DNA of 64,000 bases, taken from Nitrosopumilus sp. (lineage in GTDB: Archaea > Thermoproteota > Nitrososphaeria > Nitrososphaerales > Nitrosopumilaceae). Location of the stretch: NCBI GenBank assembly GCA_965204345.1, contig OZ241981.1:1696001-1760000 (forward strand), written 5' to 3'. The translations under genes and the position numbers were made by a program. Below the pieces are notes generated by a model that saw only the letters and a list, made by a program, of their open reading frames with translations, was not told the DNA's origin and made no database searches. How positions within the stretch are numbered: position 1 is the first letter of the stretch; each line of letters opens with the position of its first letter. Shown one piece after another: positions 1-8,569 of the stretch.

Positions 1-868
1 CTTCGTCTCTGCCTGTTCTTAGAAACTCTGAGATTGCCTGTCCTGCATACACTCCTCCCATTCCGCTAGTAAAAATTCCTCCTGCCGTTGTGGGTTTTGC
101 CTGTCCTGCCGCATCCCCAATGATTACAGTTTTGCCTTCAACAAATTTTTTGATGGGACCCTTAATCCAGATTGGAGCAAAAATCTTCCTAATCGTTGAA
201 AATTCCCCTCTTTCTTTGAGAATATCCTCCATTGTCTGTGCAACATTGATTCCGCGTCCTGCAACACCCACTTTGCCCTTGCCCTCATCAGATGGGATTA
301 CCCATGCAAAGAATCCCGGATATTTTTGCTGATCAAAAATCACTTCCACCCTTCCCTTTTTTATCCAGCCTGCATAAATCTCGTATTGGGCTGATGACAA
401 AATGCCCGTTCTATCCTTGTGTATGAGTGATGAGACTCCCCTGGCATCAACAAAAATTTTACAGTCTATTTTTTCTTCACTGGTTCTAATCCCAGTATCA
501 GTCAATTCCTGAAAGCTTGTTCTAACTTTGATTGTGGCTCCGTTTTTTTGAGCTTGAAAGGCAATTTGTTTGTCTAGCTCCCTTCTGCTAATTTCTATGA
601 CTTTTTGATTTTTGGAATCCAGGGTAAAGCTGTTGCCGTTTGGTGATGTTATTTCTGCACATTCTATCATGTGATCAAAGGTTTTTCTAAATGGTATTAC
701 CCCGAGTTCCTCTAATCCTGACATGCTTACCAGTCCTCCGCAGTGTTCTGGGGTTCCTATCTCATAGTCTTCTTCAATGACAAGCACTGAAAAACCCCTA
801 GAGGCAATTTCCCTGGCACACAATAGCCCTGCAACACTGCCTCCTGCAATTACTACATCAATGCTCAC
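1..868 (-). CDS. Geranylgeranyl reductase family FAD-dependent oxidoreductase (3' end outside window)
   Basis: Manual translation from GTG at 868: MSIDVVIAGGSVAGLLCAREIA...IEEDYEIGTPEHCGGLVS; later GDAAGQAKPTTAGGI. Absent from the ORF track because it runs off the edge. Confidence 0.88.
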   Translation of the reverse strand, partial: MSIDVVIAGGSVAGLLCAREIASRGFSVLVIEEDYEIGTPEHCGGLVSMSGLEELGVIPFRKTFDHMIECAEITSPNGNSFTLDSKNQKVIEISRRELDKQIAFQAQKNGATIKVRTSFQELTDTGIRTSEEKIDCKIFVDARGVSSLIHKDRTGILSSAQYEIYAGWIKKGRVEVIFDQQKYPGFFAWVIPSDEGKGKVGVAGRGINVAQTMEDILKERGEFSTIRKIFAPIWIKGPIKKFVEGKTVIIGDAAGQAKPTTAGGIFTSGMGGVYAGQAISEFLRTGRDE

Positions 869-945
869 AGATTTTGCTTATTGTTCAATTATTTAATTCA
901 AAAGAATTTGTCCTAATCATACATATTTAGCCCATACAGTATACC

Positions 946-1780
946 ATGGTTATCAAATCACGTTCACTTTTTGAAATTTAAAGAATCAGCCAAATCAGAA
1001 AAAGTACTAAAAAATCAGTGATCATCTAAGGCGTTTTTGCAACTATTACAAAATTTTAGATTCAGACGAGTTGTTGAACTCTGATACCTAAAGGTGCATA
1101 TGATGATTGAATATATGTAATTTATCTCAAAGAACATGATTAGTATTAACTCTGTTCCAATCTACATGACTGGTGTAAGGCATTTTTGCATAATGAACCG
1201 TTTGATGATTCATTGGGATATTGTGAACAAAATGTCCTTGAGAAGACAGAGAGAGCCGGTACATATTTTGGAGGACTGGACATATTCAAAAGATGTTGGA
1301 ATCTGCCTCATCCAAATACCATAGTGGATTAGCTTACTTACTGGCATCAACTAAAAAGGATGCGAATCGAAGTTTTAGATTGTGAATTAACTCTCAAACC
1401 TCTTGGGTTGATATGCAGAATTCTTGCCAGACTATTCCACTTTATCCTGATTTAAGGGACAAACATTGGGCATTTCTTACTCCTAAAGCCTTGCAATCAT
1501 TGAACGAATACTTTGATAAAAGAAAACGTGATCATAAAGTATTTGATCGCAAAACACCTCTATTTAGAATTGTCTATCAGTTAGGAACTGTAAAATCAAA
1601 ACAACTTCACTCAGCAGAAGCAAAAACTGCCGTTTATTGGTTAGTCAACAAAGCTAGTATAGAAATAACTTGTGTTAAAAGACATTTTGATATTTATATG
1701 GATCATGGATTCCGAAAACGGTTTAATAATGAGATATTTGTTATTATGTTGAAAAAGAACTTGATGAATTTAATTTAATA
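946..1780 (+). pseudogene. Degraded tyrosine recombinase/integrase
   Basis: Fragments in several frames: RSL..FKESAKSEK, SINSVPIYMTGVRHFCIMN..IHW, WAFLTPKALQSLNEYF..PLFR, HGFRKRFN (HxxR catalytic box); multiple stops and frameshifts. Confidence 0.75.
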
Positions 1781-2095
1781 TGGAGTGGTATACCAATACA
1801 GCAATCTCAAAAACAGGCACAGTAATTTTAGACTAGATTCTGAACTTAATTTCAGGTTATTTTAGATCCAAAATATTCATTCAATCTAAAAGATTTAAAA
1901 TTATTAGCTAGGAAACAAATTTAAAAATAAATGGATTTTAGTAAACTCATTTGGCTAATGCTGATAAACGGTCATGAAAAAACTCGATTTTATTATCTAA
2001 AAAATTCCCCTAACAATATACGAAAAATGAAACTATTTTAAGAAAAATATTGGAAAAACACAAGGTGCTCTCAAAAGACCATGTTATCTCTTGTG

Positions 2096-2259
2096 ATGTT
2101 AATATATTAACATATATAACAGTTATAACTGTTAATAAATTAACATATTTGTAGGTTTGAAAAGACTGAAAATTTTAAATTTTTTTGAAATTTATTTTTT
2201 CAAAAATATGTTAATATATTAACATATATAACAGTTATAACTGTTAATAAATTAACATA
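2096..2259. promoter_or_regulatory. Two identical 52-bp direct repeats (2096-2147, 2208-2259), each made of three 16-bp palindromes; candidate operator
   Basis: ATGTTAATATATTAACATATATAACAGTTATAACTGTTAATAAATTAACATA occurs twice; the second copy ends 3 bp before the ATG at 2263. The repeat is seen directly; the regulatory role is inferred. Confidence 0.7.
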
Positions 2260-2262
2260 ATT

Positions 2263-3384
2263 ATGAGAACTGATTCAAATTTGAAAAGATCTGAATACCC
2301 TCAAGCATCAATGAGAAGATTGTCGTTAAGACCCCTCTTTCCAACAAAAAACGATATTGGACTTTTTGTTGGACGAGAAAAAGAAATGAATGTAATAGAA
2401 TCTTGTATGCGAAATCGGCTAAATTTGCTTTTGGTTGGAGAAAGAGGAACAGGTAAAACCTCGTTGCTAAATTATACTTATTACAAAACAATAAAAATTG
2501 ATAATGTTGTTGGAGTACTAGTAAACATTCTACCCAAATCTATTTCAGACACATCTAGTTTTCTTAATTTAGTCTTAGATTCCACTTTGGATGAAATAAG
2601 ACATAAGCACTTTGCAGAACAATTTTTTAGCGAATTTGATACTAGACGAACAAATGATGTCTTTATTGCATTTAATTCAATAATCACTATCTTAAAACAA
2701 CATAATGTTGAAGTTGTATTTTTAATTGATGGATTTGATCATCGTGTTGAACTTTGTTACAGAATAATGAGTTCATTACGTGAAGTTTTTTGGCAAACAG
2801 AATTTCCTGTAATTATGACAGGTGATTCAAATAAAATTAATGAATATAGAAGACCTCCATTAGATGCATTTTTTGATAAAAAACTAGAGCCGCAGCCTTT
2901 AAGCTCTGATGAAATAATGAAATTGTTTGAATTAAGACTCGGAAAAAAATATCTAGATAAAACCTCTGCAAATACACTGGCTGAAAGAACCGAATCTAGT
3001 ATAATCGATAAAATTTTGTTAGTGAAAGAATTTTTTGAAAAAAACCCAAAAACTAGAAAAATACTTTTATCTAAACTAGAACCAAAATCTGAAAAAAATA
3101 TGTCTATGGATACTTTAAATCAAAAAACCATTCTCAAAGTGTTTGAATCTTCTTTAGTGCATTTGTCTCCTGCAAAAAAAGAAATTTTACGGTATATTCG
3201 TATTAATGGACCCAGTTCAGCATCAGATAAGGAATTCCAGAAATATATGGGCGTATCTCGTTCCAGATTAACTCAAATGTTATTGTCATTAAGTAAAAAT
3301 GAAATACTGATGAAAAGCAAGGATGCTAAAAAAAGGAAAACTCTATTTGGAATATCTGATGAAATAAAAAGTAGATTTACATGA
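2263..3384 (+). CDS. AAA+/P-loop ATPase with C-terminal winged HTH
   Basis: FVGREKE, Walker A GERGTGKT, Walker B VFLIDGFD, C-terminal LSPAKKEIL...MGVSRSRLTQMLLSL. Confidence 0.8.
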   Translation: MRTDSNLKRSEYPQASMRRLSLRPLFPTKNDIGLFVGREKEMNVIESCMRNRLNLLLVGERGTGKTSLLNYTYYKTIKIDNVVGVLVNILPKSISDTSSFLNLVLDSTLDEIRHKHFAEQFFSEFDTRRTNDVFIAFNSIITILKQHNVEVVFLIDGFDHRVELCYRIMSSLREVFWQTEFPVIMTGDSNKINEYRRPPLDAFFDKKLEPQPLSSDEIMKLFELRLGKKYLDKTSANTLAERTESSIIDKILLVKEFFEKNPKTRKILLSKLEPKSEKNMSMDTLNQKTILKVFESSLVHLSPAKKEILRYIRINGPSSASDKEFQKYMGVSRSRLTQMLLSLSKNEILMKSKDAKKRKTLFGISDEIKSRFT

Positions 3385-4445
3385 CTAAAAATACCCTATT
3401 GCATGAATTATTGGAAAATGATGCCTTTAAACATACTACTATCCCAATCAATGAACTCCCATATCTTTATGAACCATTTGAAAAAATTTCTAACAAAAAG
3501 ATAGAAACAAAAATAATTAGTAGCATCCAAAAAAATCATGTAATAATCATAAAATCTGATGGTGGTACGGGTAAAACATGTGCTGTAAATTATTCTCTAT
3601 TGCAATTACAGGATGATATTTTTCCAATAGTGCTTAGTCCATTTATGGAAGAAGTTGATGAGGTCTGTAACTCAACAAAAGAATTTACTAGATTTGTTTT
3701 GAATCAAACATTACATGCAGTCAAAAATTTTTCAAATTTGTCAAAAGATACTGAAAAAAAGGTACGTGATGCACTCGCAATTGAAACATCTTTTATAGAA
3801 TCAAAAAAATATAGTATTGGAGGTTCTTTTAGAGCTGCCTTTTCAATTCTTCCATTTATTGCAAAAGTCGAAGCAGGAGTAAAAGCGGATTTAGAAAACT
3901 ATGCCTCTAAAGCAATAAAATCAAAAATATTCAACACTCAACGAATTGAAGCAATACGCGGGTTATGTGAAACAATTGAAGCTCATAATCTAAAACCTGT
4001 TTTCTATATTGATGATACTGACAAATTTTTGAAGAGAGAAGATCTAGATTTATCTAAATTAGTTCCTAAGTTTTTTGGGCAAATTTTGTTAGGACTTATT
4101 AAATTAGACAGACCTCTAATTTTAGCTGCTCATGCATATTATACAAAATCTGCTTCTTACAGAGATGCAGAAAGTAACTATGTTGATCAAGTAATAATCT
4201 TGCCTGAATTAAATAAGACCGGAATAATTTCTTTGATAAATACCAGAATTAAGGCAGTTGATAGTTCTAAAAACATAAAAAATGTTTTTGAAGATAATGC
4301 AATAAAGTCATTAATCAAATATTACAATTCGAAAAAAATTATTAGAAACCTAATGCTTATCTGTCAAGAAAGTATTGATCTTGCTGATTCTCAAGGAACA
4401 AAAGTCAGTAAAAGCATGGTTGATTCGTTTATAGTTGGAAAATAA
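3381..4445 (+). CDS. P-loop ATPase, translationally coupled to the upstream ATPase
   Basis: Variant Walker A SDGGTGKT, Walker B FYIDDTD; ATGA start/stop overlap. Confidence 0.75.
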   Translation: MTKNTLLHELLENDAFKHTTIPINELPYLYEPFEKISNKKIETKIISSIQKNHVIIIKSDGGTGKTCAVNYSLLQLQDDIFPIVLSPFMEEVDEVCNSTKEFTRFVLNQTLHAVKNFSNLSKDTEKKVRDALAIETSFIESKKYSIGGSFRAAFSILPFIAKVEAGVKADLENYASKAIKSKIFNTQRIEAIRGLCETIEAHNLKPVFYIDDTDKFLKREDLDLSKLVPKFFGQILLGLIKLDRPLILAAHAYYTKSASYRDAESNYVDQVIILPELNKTGIISLINTRIKAVDSSKNIKNVFEDNAIKSLIKYYNSKKIIRNLMLICQESIDLADSQGTKVSKSMVDSFIVGK

Positions 4446-4672
4446 AATTAAAACTATTATCAATAAAACATACACTGTTCAATCCTAGTGTCACTTGCCT
4501 GTCTTAAAGACACTTAAGAATACGTGACATAGAGTTTTCACTTAAACCGGAGATAAATGACTGGGTTGACAAGATAAACACTCCAGAACATGCCAAGGTA
4601 GGATAAAATTAGTTCGATTTTCCTCACTCTTTAATTCAAAAGTTTTTCACTAAGCCCGCTTTTGATAGTTGT

Positions 4673-5026
4673 ATGGGTGATATCAAGCAAGTTATTGTTG
4701 TTAGGACTGATCTTGAGATGGGCAAGGGCAAAATTGCCGCTCAGGTGGGACATGCATGTGTTCTTGGGGCAGAGCATGTTAGAAGATCCCATCCCAAATG
4801 GCATAGTGAGTGGTGGGGAGGACAAGAAAAGGTGGTAGTCAAGGTTCCTGGCATCAAGGACTTGCAAGAGATAAAAAAGCACGCAATTGACTTGAATCTT
4901 CCATGGTCTGAGGTATCTGATGCTGGTCATACCCAGCTGGCTCCTGGCACAGTAACCTGTATCTCTATTGGGCCTGCCCCAGAAGACCTGATTGACAAGA
5001 TTACCGGAGATCTAAAATTACTGTAA
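4673..5026 (+). CDS. pth2: Peptidyl-tRNA hydrolase Pth2
   Basis: KQVIVVRTDLEMGKGKIAAQVGHA, GQEKVVVKV, DAGHTQLAPGTVTCISIGP. Confidence 0.95.
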   Translation: MGDIKQVIVVRTDLEMGKGKIAAQVGHACVLGAEHVRRSHPKWHSEWWGGQEKVVVKVPGIKDLQEIKKHAIDLNLPWSEVSDAGHTQLAPGTVTCISIGPAPEDLIDKITGDLKLL

Positions 5027-5043
5027 TGTGCATTATTTTTTGT

Positions 5044-5362
5044 GGTCTGTTGCGTTCATGAGGATAGACACGAATCTGTTTGATCGCACAAGTTTTAATC
5101 AAGACCTACAAACGACACTGGTAAATTCCAGTGATCAGATCATCGAAACTTACCAGAATTGTCCGTTGCATTTACCGTGTTCATCTTAAAATCATCAAGA
5201 TTTGCTTTGATGTGGTTGTTTTCTCTAGTTCCTTGATCAATATCGGAGAAATAATCTCAATACACTAAATGAACATCAGTTTGAAAATCAGAAAACGCCC
5301 TAAGATTCAACAATGTCCCAAATTTATCTCTCGTGCCTATCCCTCATAAACGCAACAGAATC
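5044..5362 (+). mobile_element. MITE, ~320 bp, with ~30-bp terminal inverted repeats resembling IS6-family ends (copy 1)
   Basis: Left GGTCTGTTGCGTTCATGAGGATAGACACGA; right TCGTGCCTATCCCTCATAAACGCAACAGAATC; near-identical inverted copy at 15379-15699. Confidence 0.85.
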
Positions 5363-5369
5363 GCCATAC

Positions 5370-7556
5370 TTGAATTTAAAACTTACATTACCGATCATTG
5401 TTTTTGCACTAGTACTTTTATTCGTGTATCCCTTAGAGTCTATATCCCAAACTGATGAGAATGAACAGTTTACAGTGCCAGACAATCTTATCCCAGATGA
5501 CAGTACATTAGGTCCTGTTGCAAACGTGGATGTACCATCCAAGTTTGATGGCGGCTTTTATGACAAAATCCTGGGTCTCATATCTGAGGTACCTCAGGAT
5601 GGTGACTATGGGGTACATGACGGCACGCGATACTATGATGTCCTAATTATAGTGGCCAGAGGCGATGGGGACGATGGCATAGATGCAGATGAGACAGCAC
5701 GCGAGAACAAGTATGCAATTGCAGAGAAACTTGATCTTCTTGGCGCACGCAACATAGCATCTGCAGAGTCACTCTCATTTGTAACTGCATCTATCCCAGT
5801 TGCAGATGTTCCGGGGCTCTCACTTTATGACGAGATATATGCCATGGGAGATGGTGAAATTCCCGTGACTCTGGAGATTGATACGGTTAGGGGAACCGTA
5901 CATGCAACTCCAAACGAGATTAATACTGCAACTGATACCAATCTTGATGGCAGTGGAGTTGTTGTGGCAATCATTGACAGAGGCATCAACCACGATATTG
6001 CATTTAACGACAGAATCATTGACCGTGTAGAGTGCGATGATACGTGTGAGCCTGCAACTGCTGCCAGTGTGATCGGCGTTAATAGTAATAATGATCTTTC
6101 TACTGCTTTTGCATCCCATGGTACGCATATAGCCCAAGTCCTTGCCGCATCAGGACTCCCAGCTCATAACGGCATTGCGCCCGGTGTGGAACTTTTGGAT
6201 GCCTCAATTACTAGGCATACTGTTGATAACGATAAGAATCGTACTTTCGTTAATGCAAACAGAAATGACGTGGCACATGCCCTTGACTGGTCTCTCAAAA
6301 AAGGAGCCGACATGGCAGTCATGAGTTTTGGTTTTGGAATCTGCAATGGAGATTATGGAAAGACAACCAACCTCATCACAAATGAGGCAGTTGACAAGGG
6401 AATGGTTCTAGTATCATCTGCAGGAAACAGGGGCATAATTTATGGAGCGCCAAACCAGCCAGTTTATCAGTCTATAACTCATCCCGGATGCGGACACAAT
6501 GAAATTACCGTAGGCGGAATAAATGATCGTGGTGAAACAATATCAAAGGCAAGCTTTGCAAGCAGGGGTCCAGCACCCGGAACAGTCATGCTAAAGCCCG
6601 AGATAGTTGCACCTGCACAGCGTCTTCAGACACTGGACAATGTTGCAGAAGATGACAATTTTAGTCCTCGGTCCGGAACCAGCCTTGCTGCTCCCCAGGT
6701 AAGTGCAACTGCTGCCCTGTTGCTACAGGCAAAACCTGATCTGACTCCAGTTGAGATAAAGACCATACTTCTTCTTGGGGCTGACTGGCAGGGTCCAATC
6801 CCTTGCACGTCTGTACAATATGAAACAAACAATCCCAACGACAACTGTTCTTATGCCAGACAGCCATCTAACACTGTTGAGAGAAACAATTCTGAATCCC
6901 TTCAAATACTAAACAATGTGGGCTTTGGCATACTAAACACTGGAGAGTCACTTAGGTATGTTCACAGTGAATCATCATCATCATCTCATGTAATGTCAGA
7001 TCATCTCAAGTCAGATACGCATACAAAGCAGTATGAGTTTACAGTACAGGACACATCAAAACCAGTCAAAGTGATACTGTCATGGCTAGTTCATCCCCAT
7101 GGCAGTATAACCGGACAGTTGGGTCATACTGATACAGCAGTTCCTATTGCGAACCTAGATTTTACAATAACTACTCCAAATAATGCTACAATACGGGCAA
7201 CATCAGACCATCAGACAAACGAGTTTGCAGTGTTTGCCCCCACTCGCACCGGAACATACACCATAACACTTAGCGGCTCAGACATTGGTGACATAAACAA
7301 GTCGGTACAAAACTTTGCGCTGGCAAGTACCAACCCTCTTACACTTGTAGGTGACAGTATACTAGATAGAAAAATAGAGAGACACATCTCTACACAAACC
7401 AGAATTACAGATATCGCAGAAGATATTAAACAGTTAGAGCAAAAATTACAGGATAAAAAAGACAAGATAGAAGAACTAGACTCGTTACTTTCTGAGATTT
7501 ATCTACAAATTATAGAGTTGGCCCCTGTTGGTTACGAACTTCCATTCAAGGATTGA
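5370..7556 (+). CDS. Secreted S8 subtilisin-like serine protease with coiled-coil tail
   Basis: Triad motifs VAIIDRG, SHGTHIA, SGTSLAAPQV; oxyanion SAGN. TTG at 5370 chosen over 5313 because it aligns with the paralog's signal peptide and 5313 lies inside the MITE. Confidence 0.88.
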   Translation: MNLKLTLPIIVFALVLLFVYPLESISQTDENEQFTVPDNLIPDDSTLGPVANVDVPSKFDGGFYDKILGLISEVPQDGDYGVHDGTRYYDVLIIVARGDGDDGIDADETARENKYAIAEKLDLLGARNIASAESLSFVTASIPVADVPGLSLYDEIYAMGDGEIPVTLEIDTVRGTVHATPNEINTATDTNLDGSGVVVAIIDRGINHDIAFNDRIIDRVECDDTCEPATAASVIGVNSNNDLSTAFASHGTHIAQVLAASGLPAHNGIAPGVELLDASITRHTVDNDKNRTFVNANRNDVAHALDWSLKKGADMAVMSFGFGICNGDYGKTTNLITNEAVDKGMVLVSSAGNRGIIYGAPNQPVYQSITHPGCGHNEITVGGINDRGETISKASFASRGPAPGTVMLKPEIVAPAQRLQTLDNVAEDDNFSPRSGTSLAAPQVSATAALLLQAKPDLTPVEIKTILLLGADWQGPIPCTSVQYETNNPNDNCSYARQPSNTVERNNSESLQILNNVGFGILNTGESLRYVHSESSSSSHVMSDHLKSDTHTKQYEFTVQDTSKPVKVILSWLVHPHGSITGQLGHTDTAVPIANLDFTITTPNNATIRATSDHQTNEFAVFAPTRTGTYTITLSGSDIGDINKSVQNFALASTNPLTLVGDSILDRKIERHISTQTRITDIAEDIKQLEQKLQDKKDKIEELDSLLSEIYLQIIELAPVGYELPFKD

Positions 7557-8437
7557 ATTTTTTATTTAATGTGTGCATCAAGATAACAAATGTCTGATGC
7601 ATCCAAACGACTGCATCCTGTGATTAATAGTTTGCAAAAATCAAAAATATACCATAAATTAAACTCTTAGCAAATAAATTATTAGATTAGTTATTGATAT
7701 CTGCTGTCAACAGGTTACAGCTGTCTAATAGTCCAAAGTAAAACTATCAAGGACATTGCAAGCTCCATACCTCACTAGAGTCAGATTACATATGAGAATC
7801 TTTTTGCAAGGAACACTCCGCAGCTGGCTGAATCAAGAGGGATGCTTGTCACCCACATCGCAGATTCGCTTGAAGAGATTGCAATTGACTAAAATGACCT
7901 GCCCATAGTGTTTTAATCAGCACTTTGGAAAGTCATTTTTGCTTCCCATAGATGTCATTTTGGGCTGGACCCTGACTAATGAAAAAAGGCAAAGGGCATT
8001 TAGCAAGCTAGGGGGGGGACACAATTGTCGTAAAAATCAAGGAACAGAAATTGGATTTAAAATACACAAAGGATTGATCTTGTCAGGTTTTCTCAGACAG
8101 TTGCTGGAAAATTTTTCCAACAGATCTATTAGTGATAAAGAGAACGTTGGGTTGGTGTCTGAGAACAACAAACAGAGGTGTGTTTGTGGTCAGACTTACC
8201 AGATGAGCTTCAAAAAGATATAGAATTTGACGGATAGTTTGAAAAACCACAACATTCAAAAAAAGAGATCAAAGAGTGTTCCAATAAAATTGCAGCACAG
8301 CCTAATGTGCATAAGAGATAGGATTCACTTGAAAAATTGATTCCTTTTGAGAATGTCCCCTGTTATGACTGCCACTGGGATTTGTGTCACAGGTGTATTG
8401 CCAATCTGGTTTATGTGGCGGCGGGTCATCTCTCTAT

Positions 8438-8544
8438 CAGGTTATACAGGCATTACCAAGTCCATTTACTGGCACTCAAATATATCTAATCTTTTTTCTT
8501 CTATCCACAGGTTATACAGGCATTACAAAGTCCATTTAATGGCA
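8438..8544. repeat. 37-bp direct repeat, 2 copies, 70-bp period
   Basis: CAGGTTATACAGGCATTAC(C/A)AAGTCCATTTA(C/A)TGGCA at 8438-8474 and 8508-8544. Confidence 0.75.
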
Positions 8545-8569
8545 ATAGCAGACTTGTTTGTCCCAGCAA

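Noticed and set aside
5313-5369. ORF-track N-terminal extension of the subtilisin
   Set aside because: Lies within the MITE TIR; the paralog alignment supports TTG at 5370.
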